Shown: positions 18,534 through 28,276 of the stretch, piece after piece
Position numbering within the stretch: the stretch's first letter is position 1
Layout of the letters: each line of letters opens with the position of its first letter
NCBI GenBank assembly: GCA_021801905.1
Contig: JAKABJ010000001.1
Location: forward strand, 1-46,614
Reading direction: 5' to 3'
Source: Candidatus Micrarchaeota archaeon
GTDB lineage: Archaea > Micrarchaeota > Micrarchaeia > Micrarchaeales > Micrarchaeaceae
DNA: 46,614 bases
Made by a program: the position numbers and the translations under genes
Notes under the pieces: generated by a model
The model's database searches: none
What the model was told of the DNA's origin: nothing
The model's input: only the letters and a program-made list of their open reading frames with translations

Positions 18534-19837
18534 GTGATTTATTGAACTCTTATAGACTATTTGCTGAAGACGCAATTCAGAAGTATAAGGAGCTGCCAGA
18601 AGAGCAGAATGAGTTATACAAGAGAAAATACGTGAGCTTAAGCCCGGAACAACTTTTCGAAATATTTCAGGACAAGAAAGATAGCACTGAAAGTATTGAG
18701 GAAATTGAAGCCCTGTCGAAATCCATTTTTGTTGATAGTCCTGTAAAATTTGATGCAATAATTTGGGGAGGAGGCCATATAGTTAATCAAGCCCAGAAGA
18801 ATATCAAGATAGTGCCAGTATCCGATATAAGCATGGAGATGCTGGACAGAAAACTGTACAAAAACTCTGATGATAAACTTGCCTCTTTGATGCATGCTTT
18901 TACAAAAGAGATAGTGATTTTAGAAGTGCCAGAGGGGCAAAAAATACAAATAAACTTACTATTTGTCAATGCTTCTCAGCCTCTTGCCACGCAGGTGATA
19001 GTTAATGCGGGAAAAGGCGCAGTGGTTGAGGTTTTTGAATGGTATGCTTCATCTGCTGGCAGCAATTCTGCAAGCGCAGTCATGCATGAATGTATAGCTG
19101 AAGAGTATTCTAATATATCTATAGACGCAATCCATAATGAAGATCATAGAACCACAGTGGTCGGGCTGTCAAAATATAGTGCGATGACTAATGCCACTCT
19201 AAAGCTTAATTATTTGTATAATGGCGGCTCTCATTGCAGGGTAAAAAACTATTTATCTGCATCAGGGTATGAAGCATCGATGTATGTAAATGAACTGGTA
19301 TTCGGATCATCAACGCAGAAATTTGATGTTAGTAGCTACCTTGAGAACTCTTCACAGGCGACCACAGCAGAGTTGCATTCAAAGGCAGTGCTTGCAGATC
19401 AGTCTTTCTGCATATTGAAAGGGTTTGCAAAGATACCCTTTGGATCCAAGAATGCGCGCTCTTTTGTATATGAATCTGGCATGCTTTTAAACAAAGACGC
19501 ATATTTGGAATCGATACCTGCAATGTCGATAGATGAGAATGAGGTGAAGGCCACTCACTCTTCAGCCACAGGTCCTATAGATGAAGAGCTTATATTTTAC
19601 CTTATGTCAAAAGGCCTTCCTGAACAAAGTGCAAAGAAATTAATTGTTGAAGGATTCCTTTCAAGCAGTTTGGGTAAATTCAGAAATGCGACTGCAAAAC
19701 TGGCTGGAGCCAATTTGATTGCAGAGAAGATGGAAAAGGGGATTTTCGGTGCCCCTGTCAAACTCTCTGCAGAGAATATATGGGTTGGAAAAGAAAACGA
19801 AGAGGATATTTTCAAAGGACATTATAAGTACAGATGA
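18530..19837 (+). CDS. sufD: Fe-S cluster assembly protein SufD
   Basis: 435 aa, SufB/D-family beta-helix paralog (HSSATGPIDEELIFYLMSKGLPEQSAKKL). It has a 4-nt overlap with sufB. Confidence 0.88.
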   Translation: MSDLLNSYRLFAEDAIQKYKELPEEQNELYKRKYVSLSPEQLFEIFQDKKDSTESIEEIEALSKSIFVDSPVKFDAIIWGGGHIVNQAQKNIKIVPVSDISMEMLDRKLYKNSDDKLASLMHAFTKEIVILEVPEGQKIQINLLFVNASQPLATQVIVNAGKGAVVEVFEWYASSAGSNSASAVMHECIAEEYSNISIDAIHNEDHRTTVVGLSKYSAMTNATLKLNYLYNGGSHCRVKNYLSASGYEASMYVNELVFGSSTQKFDVSSYLENSSQATTAELHSKAVLADQSFCILKGFAKIPFGSKNARSFVYESGMLLNKDAYLESIPAMSIDENEVKATHSSATGPIDEELIFYLMSKGLPEQSAKKLIVEGFLSSSLGKFRNATAKLAGANLIAEKMEKGIFGAPVKLSAENIWVGKENEEDIFKGHYKYR

Positions 19838-19841
19838 TATT

Positions 19842-20162
19842 ATGCCGACGGATTACGAAATTGCATTGAATGAATTTATGCCCGCATTCAAAGTAAAGGC
19901 GGCTGAGATATTGGTTACAAAAAACAGTATGAGCCAACAGAAAGCAGCAAATCTGCTAGGATTGTCGCAGGCTGCCATAAGCAAATATATAAACGGCATT
20001 TATTCGAAATCTATCGAGAAGAGCCTGGTCAAGATTGATGATAACGCAATGGAAAGATTTGTACATAATATTTCAAAGGACAACGGGATTGCGGCGCAGC
20101 GCGCCATATGTAAAGCATGCCAGAGCTATAATAAATTCAATTGCGCAATAATGATAAAATAA
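19842..20162 (+). CDS. Small helix-turn-helix (XRE-like) DNA-binding protein with C-terminal Cys cluster, embedded in suf operon
   Basis: I start it at the ATG at 19842, just after the sufD stop. The HTH is SQQKAANLLGLSQAAISKYING. The C-terminus is AICKACQSYNKFNCAIMIK (C-x2-C-x8-C). Confidence 0.65.
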   Translation: MPTDYEIALNEFMPAFKVKAAEILVTKNSMSQQKAANLLGLSQAAISKYINGIYSKSIEKSLVKIDDNAMERFVHNISKDNGIAAQRAICKACQSYNKFNCAIMIK

Positions 20163-20170
20163 GTGATTAT

Positions 20171-20908
20171 ATGATATTGGAAATAAAAGATTTGCATGTC
20201 TCTATAGAAGGGAAGGAAGTGATAAAAGGAATAGACCTAAAAGTAGGTCAGGGAGAAGTGCATGTAATAATGGGGCATAATGGATCTGGAAAAACCACTT
20301 TGGCAAAAACCATAATGGGCTATCCTAGATTAAAACCAACTACTGGAGACATACTTGTAGATGGCCAGAGTATTGTGGGTTTAAGCACCGACAAACGCGC
20401 AAAACTGGGCTTGTTCTTAGGTTTTCAAAATCCAGTCGAGGTAGAAGGAGTAGGATTCATAAATTTCTTGCATAGCGCCAAAGAGGCAATGGCAACTACA
20501 GTAAACACAAAGGAATTAATGGCAGACATAAGGACCAGCGCCGTAAATCTGAAAATGGTTGATAATCTTATAGGAAGATCACTGAATCAGGGGTTCTCGG
20601 GAGGCGAGAAGAAGAAAGCAGAAGTATTGCAGATGGGTGTCCTTCAGCCTAAAATTGCAATACTTGATGAACCGGATTCTGGGCTTGATATAGATGCTGT
20701 CAAGGTAGTTGCAGAAAATATAAATGAATTCGGTAAAAAATACAACATGGGATTGATAATAATAACCCATTACAGCAGGATATTATCATATATGAACCCC
20801 GAATTCGTGCATGTAATGGCAAATGGAAAGATTGTAGCCGAAGGGGGCAAAGAACTCATAGAGAAATTGGAAAAGGATGGATATGAGTCATTCATAAAGG
20901 GAAGCTGA
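20171..20908 (+). CDS. sufC: Fe-S cluster assembly ATPase SufC
   Basis: It has Walker A (GHNGSGKTT), ABC signature (FSGGEKKK), Walker B (ILDEPDSGLD) and an H-loop (ITHY). The start is taken at MILEIKDLHV (20171) rather than the ORF-track start at 20141. Confidence 0.95.
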   Translation: MILEIKDLHVSIEGKEVIKGIDLKVGQGEVHVIMGHNGSGKTTLAKTIMGYPRLKPTTGDILVDGQSIVGLSTDKRAKLGLFLGFQNPVEVEGVGFINFLHSAKEAMATTVNTKELMADIRTSAVNLKMVDNLIGRSLNQGFSGGEKKKAEVLQMGVLQPKIAILDEPDSGLDIDAVKVVAENINEFGKKYNMGLIIITHYSRILSYMNPEFVHVMANGKIVAEGGKELIEKLEKDGYESFIKGS

Positions 20909-20909
20909 T

Positions 20910-22160
20910 ATGGGATCTAGGATTGACCCTGATAAGATAAAAAAAGATTTTCCTATTTTAAAAAATAAAATGAATGGAAAACCTTTAATTTACTTGGATA
21001 GCGCCGCAACTTCCCAGAAGCCCAAAATAGTTATAGACACCATTACAGACTATTATGAAAACTATAACGCCAACATACATAGAGGGATATACAAGATTGC
21101 TGAGACAGCTACTGAAAGATATATTGAATCCAAAAGGAAGCTTGCAGGGTTTATAGGAGCGGAAAAATTTGAAGAGATAATATATGTAAGGAACACTACA
21201 GAAGCGATAAATCTTGTGGCATTGACATGGGGGGCTTCGAATATTAAAAAAGGAGACAGGATACTCATATCCGAGATGGAACATCATAGCAACATAGTCC
21301 CATGGCAGATGCTTGCAAAGAAAAAGGGCGCAATAATAGATTATATAAAAATGGATAAAAATGGAGAAGGGCTTTCTGATGGTAGCTTTCTGGAGCAGAT
21401 TGAAAAAGAACCTAAACTGCTTGCCATTACACATGTTTCGAATGTTCTTGGAAGTATAAATGACGTTAAGAGCATGACAAAAATCGCAAAGAAAAATGGT
21501 GCAACTGTACTGGTAGACGGAGCCCAATCAGTACCGCACATGCCGGTAAATGTGAATGAGATTGGATGCGATTTTTTTGCACTTTCAGGCCATAAGATGC
21601 TTGCGCCTACTGGAATCGGTGCCTTATATGGTAAAATGGATCTGCTAGATTCTATGGAACCCCTTTTTGGAGGGGGAGATATGATAAAAAACGTGGGCTT
21701 TGACTCTTACACTACAAATGACTTGCCTTGGAAGTTTGAAGCAGGAACATCCAATATAGAGGGAGGGATAGCGTTAGGAGCCGCTGTTGATTATTTAGAA
21801 AAAATAGGAATGCAAAAAGTCAGGGAGCACGAGAAAGAGTTAACAGTCTATGCTTTAGAAAAGCTCAACAAAATAAAAGGATTGAAGGTTTTTGGATATG
21901 GAAAAGAGAATATTGAAAAACGCGGTGGCGTCATATCATTTTCATTGGACAAAATACATCCGCATGACGTTTCTGCTGTTTTTGATAGTTTCGGCATAGC
22001 AATACGGGCTGGACATCACTGCGCGATGCCATTGGTCAGGGGGATATTCAAGGTTGGTGCGCTCTCAAGAATGAGCTTTTACATTTATAATAATAAGAGA
22101 GATGTTGATGTTTCAATAGATGCCATAAATTCGGTGAAAAATATTTTCAAAGTGAAATAA
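20910..22160 (+). CDS. sufS: Cysteine desulfurase SufS (class V aminotransferase, group II)
   Basis: 416 aa. It has the PLP-Lys context (ALSGHKMLAPTGIGALYG), the catalytic loop RAGHHCAMP, and an IYLDSAATSQKP N-terminus. Confidence 0.93.
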   Translation: MGSRIDPDKIKKDFPILKNKMNGKPLIYLDSAATSQKPKIVIDTITDYYENYNANIHRGIYKIAETATERYIESKRKLAGFIGAEKFEEIIYVRNTTEAINLVALTWGASNIKKGDRILISEMEHHSNIVPWQMLAKKKGAIIDYIKMDKNGEGLSDGSFLEQIEKEPKLLAITHVSNVLGSINDVKSMTKIAKKNGATVLVDGAQSVPHMPVNVNEIGCDFFALSGHKMLAPTGIGALYGKMDLLDSMEPLFGGGDMIKNVGFDSYTTNDLPWKFEAGTSNIEGGIALGAAVDYLEKIGMQKVREHEKELTVYALEKLNKIKGLKVFGYGKENIEKRGGVISFSLDKIHPHDVSAVFDSFGIAIRAGHHCAMPLVRGIFKVGALSRMSFYIYNNKRDVDVSIDAINSVKNIFKVK

Positions 22161-22546
22161 TGCCATTAGACATATACGCTGAGGAGATAATATCTCAGTA
22201 TGAACATCCGCATAATAAAGGCAAGCTGCCTAAATACGATGTAGAGTTTCATGATGAAAACCCAATATGCGGGGATGACATAACGATTTATGTAAAAATA
22301 GAAAATGATAAGATTGCTCAGGTTTCATTTGAGGGGCAGGGATGTGCAATAAGCCAGGCCGGAGCAAGCATGCTGACTGATTTCGTAAAGGGCATGCCGA
22401 TTACTGAAGCGAATAGAATAGACTATGATAAAATAAAAGCCATAATCGGATTAGACCCTGGACCAGCAAGAATGCACTGTGCGGTTCTTTCAATGAAAGC
22501 CCTTTCCGGTGCGCTTAAAAAGTACATGGAACACAAATATAAGTAG
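22160..22546 (+). CDS. sufU: SufU/IscU-like Fe-S scaffold / sulfur acceptor
   Basis: 128 aa. It has NPICGDD, FEGQGCAISQAGASM and RMHCAVLSMKAL, the three conserved Cys of the NifU-N/SufU family. Confidence 0.88.
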   Translation: MPLDIYAEEIISQYEHPHNKGKLPKYDVEFHDENPICGDDITIYVKIENDKIAQVSFEGQGCAISQAGASMLTDFVKGMPITEANRIDYDKIKAIIGLDPGPARMHCAVLSMKALSGALKKYMEHKYK

Positions 22547-22558
22547 GTTTTTCACACA

Positions 22559-23419
22559 TTAAACTATAATCATAAATGCGGCAACAATCATAATTGCAGA
22601 TAAAGCGATTTTTCTTTTTATATTTTTTTCGTGGAAGAATACTCCGCTCACTGATACTATCATTATTATATTGATAACATTTCTTAAAGGAGATACTAGG
22701 CTTATAGGGGCTTCTGCAACTGCCGCATAGTAGGTTATCCTGTATAAAACTGCAAGGGCCGCTATAATTAACATTGGTTTCCAGAATTTTTTTATGTTTC
22801 TTTTGATTTCTTTTTTGTTGCCGTGTTTATGCCTTAGTATTACAAATAGATTGAATGCCACAAATACCTCTATTATGAACAACGCAGTGTATATGGTAAC
22901 TCCTGAAAGAATGAATTTGAGCATTATTGCATCTATTGCAATAAGGAAGATTATTGCAATCAGCATTATTGGATATTTTTTGGCATATCTTTTCGTAGAG
23001 GGCTTTGTCGTATGGCTGACAAGAAGAAAGGTTGCAACCAATAGTATAGCAACGCCAGCGTATTGTATAAAGCTGAGCACTTCGCCGAGTAATAGGTACC
23101 CGAATATAACTGTGAGCATCTGCGGCACTGTACTCAATATAGGAGTTGATATGGAGATATTTGCATGCTTGTAAATCCTTGCTGTTAACCAATAGCTTAT
23201 TGCAGCCGTGATTCCCATCACGTAAAGTACAACCCAGTATATGAGTTTTATGTTAAAATTTAAAAATGGAATGAATGAGAGAGACAGTAATGTTATAAAG
23301 ATTGTAGTTATGGAGCTATAGGAAAGCGCATGGGCTCTCCTTAGAACCTTTTTTTCAAGGATTGATGCAACACCCACTAGAGAAGATGATATGAGCGTAA
23401 GGTAATACCATTGTATCAT
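22559..23419 (-). CDS. EamA/DMT-superfamily transporter
   Basis: 286 aa with about 10 predicted TM helices in two internally similar halves, and EamA-like repeats. Confidence 0.7.
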   Translation of the reverse strand: MIQWYYLTLISSSLVGVASILEKKVLRRAHALSYSSITTIFITLLSLSFIPFLNFNIKLIYWVVLYVMGITAAISYWLTARIYKHANISISTPILSTVPQMLTVIFGYLLLGEVLSFIQYAGVAILLVATFLLVSHTTKPSTKRYAKKYPIMLIAIIFLIAIDAIMLKFILSGVTIYTALFIIEVFVAFNLFVILRHKHGNKKEIKRNIKKFWKPMLIIAALAVLYRITYYAAVAEAPISLVSPLRNVINIIMIVSVSGVFFHEKNIKRKIALSAIMIVAAFMIIV

Positions 23420-23784
23420 TGAATTCCCTTTTCAGAGACTCTCTTTTCATCACAGATCAGAAATACCTCGTATCATCACAGTTTCATTTGCATTATTGTA
23501 AATTTAGCTGTTTCGTTTCGCTATTTTTTGGCTATAGGAAGCCCATAAAAGTGCATGCTTTTCCTCTGCTTAACTGATTCCGCCATTTTGAGTAAGACCT
23601 GTTTTCATCCCCTTTGCAGCCCTATACAACTGCCTATTTTGGGCCTTGTAGTACCTCCTGTATGCAGCTTTCTTCATGCAGCGCGGCGGCTCTTTTGGAT
23701 GTTAATCGATAAGGTGGTCATGCAAAATGGCAGGTTCAGCTCACTTTGCCAATTTGCATTCTGTTTTACTTTGATTTCAAGTTT

Positions 23785-23857
23785 TAGCCCCTACCGGATT
23801 CGAACCGATGTACGCGGGTCCAAAGCCCGCGGTCCTTGGCCGCTAGACGAAGGGGCT
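23785..23857 (-). tRNA. tRNA-Gln (anticodon UUG)
   Basis: Manual fold of the reverse complement AGCCCCTTCGTCTAGCGGCCAAGGACCGCGGGCTTTGGACCCGCGTACATCGGTTCGAATCCGGTAGGGGCTA. The acceptor is AGCCCCT/AGGGGCT, with the A1-U72 pair typical of archaeal tRNA-Gln. The anticodon loop is CTTTGGA. The T-arm is ATCGG-TTCGAAT-CCGGT. Confidence 0.9.
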
Positions 23858-23881
23858 ACGTTCCTTACTTAGAATCTAAAT

Positions 23882-25351
23882 TTAATAAGATTTAGCAAAA
23901 TAAGCCATATGCTTTGCCTCCTCTCCGCACACTATACATCTCTTCCCTTTGGACTTTTCTTGGATGTGAAGAGGCATGTTGCTTATCTTCCCTTTTGTTT
24001 CGTTCTTTACTTTCTCCTCGCATTTGAACGAACCGCACCATGGCGCCTCTGCAAAACCCCCAGTTACAGTTATTATTTTCTTCAATTCAGGATAATCATG
24101 AACCTCATGGATGCTTGATTTTAGCAGTTTTAATGCCCTGTCATAAAGATTTTGATGAATCTCTTCGAGCAGGGATTCGATCTCCTTTGTTAAGTCAGCC
24201 ATTTTCACATCCTGTTTTTTGGAGTTATCCCTTCTATAAACAACCACTTTATCAGCTTTTATATCGCGTTCCCCTATTTCTATCCTTATTGGCACTCCTT
24301 TTAATTCCCATTCGTGGAACTTCCATCCTGGAGAATATGCATCATTGTCGTCCACAAAAACTCTAACTTTTTCAGAAAGTCTTTTTGACAGCTCTTTCGC
24401 GGATTTTATCACTGGATCTTTGGAATCATTGTTGTATATCGGGATTATGACAACCTGTATCCTTGCCAGCTTTGGTGGTATTATTAATCCTTTATTATCT
24501 CCGTGTACGGAGAGCATTACACCTAACTCCCTTGTGCTTATTGCAAAAGTATTTTGGTATACATAATCTATTTTACCCTCCTTGTTCAGGAATTTAATTC
24601 CAAATGGCTTTGAAAAATTCTGCCCATCCATGTGAAAATCCGGCCCTTGTATTGAAGCGCCATCCGGTAGCATGTGCTCTATGCTGTAGGAGGCCTCTGC
24701 ACCTGCAAATTTTTCAGAATCGGTTTTCTTGCCGATTATGCCTGGAAGCGCAAGATAATCATTCAATATGCTCAGGTATATATTCAATATCGTATCCCTT
24801 TCGCTTTCTGCCTCCTCTTTTGTTGCAAATGCCGTATGGCCTTCATTCCATAGGAATTCCCTGCTTCTCAATAGAGGAGTGGGGTGCTTGAATTCCCACC
24901 TTACAACGCTATTCCATTGATTATACCTCATCGGAAGGTCTCTCCATGACCTTATCCATTTTGAATAGCTTTCATACATTATCGTCTCAGAAGTGGGCCT
25001 TATTGCTAGCCTCTCATCGAGCTTTGAATTGCCTGTTTGTGTCACCCATGCAACCTCTGGATTAAAGCCTTTTATGTGCTCTTTTTCCTTGCTTAGGAGT
25101 TTTTCAGGTATCAGGAGAGGAAAATATACATTATTTATGCCCGCATCGCTCAGGAGAGCATTTGTTGATTTTTGTATCATTTCCCAAGCGAAATACCCAT
25201 CAGGCCTGAATGCAAGGCATCCTGAAACAGAGGTATAGTCTACAAATTCTGACTTGCTTATTATCTGAGTATACCATTCCGAAAAATTCTCCTCCTTCTT
25301 AACAGTAATCCCATCTTCACTCTTTTTCCTTTCATCTGCCATTATAATCAC
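23882..25351 (-). CDS. proS: Prolyl-tRNA synthetase, archaeal/eukaryotic type
   Basis: 489 aa. It has the N-terminal FSEWYTQII motif, class II core motifs, and a C-terminal zinc-binding domain ending CIVCGEEAKHMAYFAKSY with the conserved terminal Tyr. Confidence 0.93.
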   Translation of the reverse strand: MIIMADERKKSEDGITVKKEENFSEWYTQIISKSEFVDYTSVSGCLAFRPDGYFAWEMIQKSTNALLSDAGINNVYFPLLIPEKLLSKEKEHIKGFNPEVAWVTQTGNSKLDERLAIRPTSETIMYESYSKWIRSWRDLPMRYNQWNSVVRWEFKHPTPLLRSREFLWNEGHTAFATKEEAESERDTILNIYLSILNDYLALPGIIGKKTDSEKFAGAEASYSIEHMLPDGASIQGPDFHMDGQNFSKPFGIKFLNKEGKIDYVYQNTFAISTRELGVMLSVHGDNKGLIIPPKLARIQVVIIPIYNNDSKDPVIKSAKELSKRLSEKVRVFVDDNDAYSPGWKFHEWELKGVPIRIEIGERDIKADKVVVYRRDNSKKQDVKMADLTKEIESLLEEIHQNLYDRALKLLKSSIHEVHDYPELKKIITVTGGFAEAPWCGSFKCEEKVKNETKGKISNMPLHIQEKSKGKRCIVCGEEAKHMAYFAKSY

Positions 25352-25471
25352 AACATTGAGGATATTAGTATTTATTAATTTGATTGTGTATTTTTGGTGA
25401 TGGGATTTCCTGGGCTGCTATATGGAAATGCGGTTTTTTAGATTTGCACTTGTTAAATATTCTGTGTTAAA

Positions 25472-26644
25472 ATGGCGAAATCCATTACAATATTAAAAAT
25501 TGACGGTGACGGGATTGGCCCAGAGATAATTAGTGCAGCGGTAAAAGTGATTGACTCTGCCGTTGGGCGCGCATATAAATCGAATATGAAAATCAATTGG
25601 CTTACCGTTCCTGCGGGAAAAGCCGCCCAAAAGCAGTTTGGAAGCAGCCTTCCTAAGAAAACAGTTAATGCATTAAAAAAATACAGGCTTCTTCTTAAAG
25701 GGCCGCTCGAAACCCCGGTTGGTAAGGGGATAAGATCATTGAACGTGCAGATGAGGATCTTGTTGGACCTTTATGCCAACATACGGCCTGTAAAATACAT
25801 GAATGGGCTTGAAAGCCCAATAAAAAACCCTGAACGGATAGACATGGTAATATTCAGGGAAAATACAGATGATCTTTATACTGGAATAGAATGGCCTTAC
25901 AATAGCAGGGAGGCCAATTCGTTAAGAAGGTTCATTAATAAAGAGTTTAAAGTGCACCTGGACTCTGATGCCGGAATAGGGATAAAACCCATGAGCAAAT
26001 CGAAAACTGAAAGGATAACTAGAAAAGCATTGGAGTATGCGATAAAAAGCCAAAGACGGTCTGTAACAATAATGCATAAAGGAAATATTATGAAATATAC
26101 GGAAGGAGCCTTCCGCGAATGGGCATATTCTGTTGCAGCTAATGAGTATGCCAGAAAATTTGTTAGAGAAGATGCATTAAACGGGAGAACTCTTCCAAAA
26201 GGTAAGATATTGATAAACGACAGGATAGCAGACAATATGTTCCAGCAGATAATAACAAGACCTGAAAGCTATGATGTGATACTGGCACCGAATCTGAATG
26301 GGGATTATATATCTGATGCTGCAGGAGCATTGATAGGAGATATAGGCGTGCTTGGGGGAGCGAATATAGGAGACAACGGCGGTGTGTTTGAGGCAGTGCA
26401 TGGAACAGCTGAAAAATATGCGGGCATGAACATAGCCAATCCGCTCGGAATAATAAAGGCAGGGCAGATGATGCTTGACCACCTTGGGTTGGGGGCTGCA
26501 TCTGAATTGATATCAAAAGCGGTAGACCGCTCTATAAAGGAAAAAAGGGTTACAAAGGATATTGCACGATATCTGGGGTCCAAACCATTAAGCACATCCG
26601 AATTTACCGAGAACTTATTAAAGAAGATAAATCAAGGGGTTTGA
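25472..26644 (+). CDS. icd: Isocitrate dehydrogenase (NADP-type, prokaryotic homodimeric family)
   Basis: KGPLETPVGKGIRSLNVQMRILLDLYANIRPVKY closely matches the E. coli-type ICDH substrate/phosphorylation loop. It also has a DGDGIGPEI N-terminus and NLNGDYISDAA. Confidence 0.88.
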   Translation: MAKSITILKIDGDGIGPEIISAAVKVIDSAVGRAYKSNMKINWLTVPAGKAAQKQFGSSLPKKTVNALKKYRLLLKGPLETPVGKGIRSLNVQMRILLDLYANIRPVKYMNGLESPIKNPERIDMVIFRENTDDLYTGIEWPYNSREANSLRRFINKEFKVHLDSDAGIGIKPMSKSKTERITRKALEYAIKSQRRSVTIMHKGNIMKYTEGAFREWAYSVAANEYARKFVREDALNGRTLPKGKILINDRIADNMFQQIITRPESYDVILAPNLNGDYISDAAGALIGDIGVLGGANIGDNGGVFEAVHGTAEKYAGMNIANPLGIIKAGQMMLDHLGLGAASELISKAVDRSIKEKRVTKDIARYLGSKPLSTSEFTENLLKKINQGV

Positions 26645-27231
26645 TTCTGCTCTGCAATTGCCAAAGCATCTTGCATCATTTTATATTCTGAGTCAGAAAA
26701 TATTTTTGCCTCTTTTATGCTCTTCCTTTTAAGGATAAATTTTAGGACTTCAAACCTATCATCATTGATTCCCCTTATGGTAGATCCAAGCAGTTTTACA
26801 GGGTCTTTTATTGTAGGGATGCCTTCTATCTCAAGTATCCATTCCTCTGCAACCTGCCTATAACCCACAAGCAGAGATATTTCCTGGACTGCCAGCATTA
26901 GTTTTTTTGAAGTTTCAATTTTTTGGACATCTTCTGAATTCAGCTTCTCTGGCTCTGTCTCTTTTTTAATTATATATTCAGAGTATGCTTTGAGCATATT
27001 TTCGCTTTCAGAGGCTATGTGAGTAACCACGAAGAGGTCTCTCTCGGCTTCGCTAGTTATTTCGTTTGCAGTAACGAGGTTTCCATCCACCTTCATGCGG
27101 CCGGATTTTACTTCGTTCTGCAGCGTTATTATTGCCTCGTTAGCCAATTCTGTCTTTACTTTTACAAGTAAATCCTCACACAATATCCAAGCAGGTATGC
27201 CCTCTTCGAATTCCATAATACCATCAAACAT
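26632..27231 (-). CDS. Hypothetical acidic protein (199 aa), last gene of the citZ-mdh-acnA-thrC-like transcription unit
   Basis: The ORF overlaps the upstream thrC-like gene by 8 nt, which suggests translational coupling. I recognise no motif. Confidence 0.45.
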   Translation of the reverse strand: MFDGIMEFEEGIPAWILCEDLLVKVKTELANEAIITLQNEVKSGRMKVDGNLVTANEITSEAERDLFVVTHIASESENMLKAYSEYIIKKETEPEKLNSEDVQKIETSKKLMLAVQEISLLVGYRQVAEEWILEIEGIPTIKDPVKLLGSTIRGINDDRFEVLKFILKRKSIKEAKIFSDSEYKMMQDALAIAEQNQTP

Positions 27232-28273
27232 TTCCGCCGCTTATTACAGCCACGGTTTTACCTCCTTCGGAGGGATTTAGCTTGTAATAAGCAGCAAATG
27301 CAGCAGAGCTCGCAAGCTCTCCCAAAATGCCATATTCTTCGTACATTTTTTGTTGCATTTTTACCATTTCCCTCTCTGTTATTGTAAATACCGACCCATT
27401 TGTATTACGTATTGCCTCTATTGCCTGGGCCCCGTATGTAGGCATCCCAACAGCTATTGCATCTGCTTCGGTATGGGGCTTTTCATAAACAATCTCATCC
27501 CCATTATTGAAGGCTTTTGCCAATGGAGAGCATTTTTCAGCCTGAACTGCTATCAGTTTTGGGAATTTGGATATGTTTCCAGCAGCTTTCAACTCGCACA
27601 GCCCTTTATACATTCCGCTTATTAAAGTACCATTCCCAACAGGCACTATTATCCTGCTAACATCATCGCATTGTGCAATAATTTCGTATGCGAGAGTCTT
27701 CTGACCCTCTTTTCTGTAACAGTAGTCACCGGAAAGAAAGACTTTGTTCTTGGATGCGTATAATGCGGCTTCGCCCTGAGCTTTTGAGAAATCTCCATTA
27801 ACCTTGTGGAGCACGGCATCATGGGTCTTTAATATATTATAGATTTTATCGCTTTTTGCTGATCTGCTTATGAAAACCCGTGCTTTTATTTTATAGATTT
27901 TTGAATAGTATGAAAGCGAGTATGCCATATTTCCTGTGGAAGCCACAGCCAGAGTTTTGTATCCGTACTCTTTTGCTTTTGCGACCTCGATTACAGAACC
28001 CCTGTCTTTAAACGACCTTGTTGGATTATAAAGCTCAAGCTTCAGCATGAGGTTTTTTTCATAAGAATCAATCATCCGTGTGCCTCCGAGCATTAGTCTT
28101 TTGTAATTTGATTTTGGCAGAAGCTCTTCATAGTCCCAAAAATCTTTTGAGTTTGGTATTTGGGCTAGATTTTTGTACTTAACCTCCAGTATGCCCCCGC
28201 ATTTGCATATCTGGCTGCTATAGCTCATCGGATAGGTAGAACCGCAGGATCTGCATATAAGGGAATATTCCAC
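27224..28273 (-). CDS. thrC: Threonine synthase-like PLP enzyme with N-terminal zinc-ribbon
   Basis: 349 aa. It has the zinc ribbon CRSCGSTY...CKCGG, the PLP-lysine motif NPTRSFKDRG, and a glycine-rich loop PVGNGTLISG. Confidence 0.75.
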   Translation of the reverse strand: MEYSLICRSCGSTYPMSYSSQICKCGGILEVKYKNLAQIPNSKDFWDYEELLPKSNYKRLMLGGTRMIDSYEKNLMLKLELYNPTRSFKDRGSVIEVAKAKEYGYKTLAVASTGNMAYSLSYYSKIYKIKARVFISRSAKSDKIYNILKTHDAVLHKVNGDFSKAQGEAALYASKNKVFLSGDYCYRKEGQKTLAYEIIAQCDDVSRIIVPVGNGTLISGMYKGLCELKAAGNISKFPKLIAVQAEKCSPLAKAFNNGDEIVYEKPHTEADAIAVGMPTYGAQAIEAIRNTNGSVFTITEREMVKMQQKMYEEYGILGELASSAAFAAYYKLNPSEGGKTVAVISGGNV

Positions 28274-28276
28274 GCT

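Noticed and set aside
23570-23677. Minus-strand 35-aa basic ORF MKKAAYRRYYKAQNRQLYRAAKGMKTGLTQNGGIS in the gap downstream of tRNA-Gln
   Set aside because: It reads like a plausible small basic peptide, but I recognise no family and see no clear SD or promoter. An ORF of this length is expected by chance, so I cannot support it without expression or conservation data.
23555-23872. 105-aa plus-strand ORF
   Set aside because: Its 3' part is the antisense of tRNA-Gln (23785-23857), and it has no motifs or ribosome-binding site.
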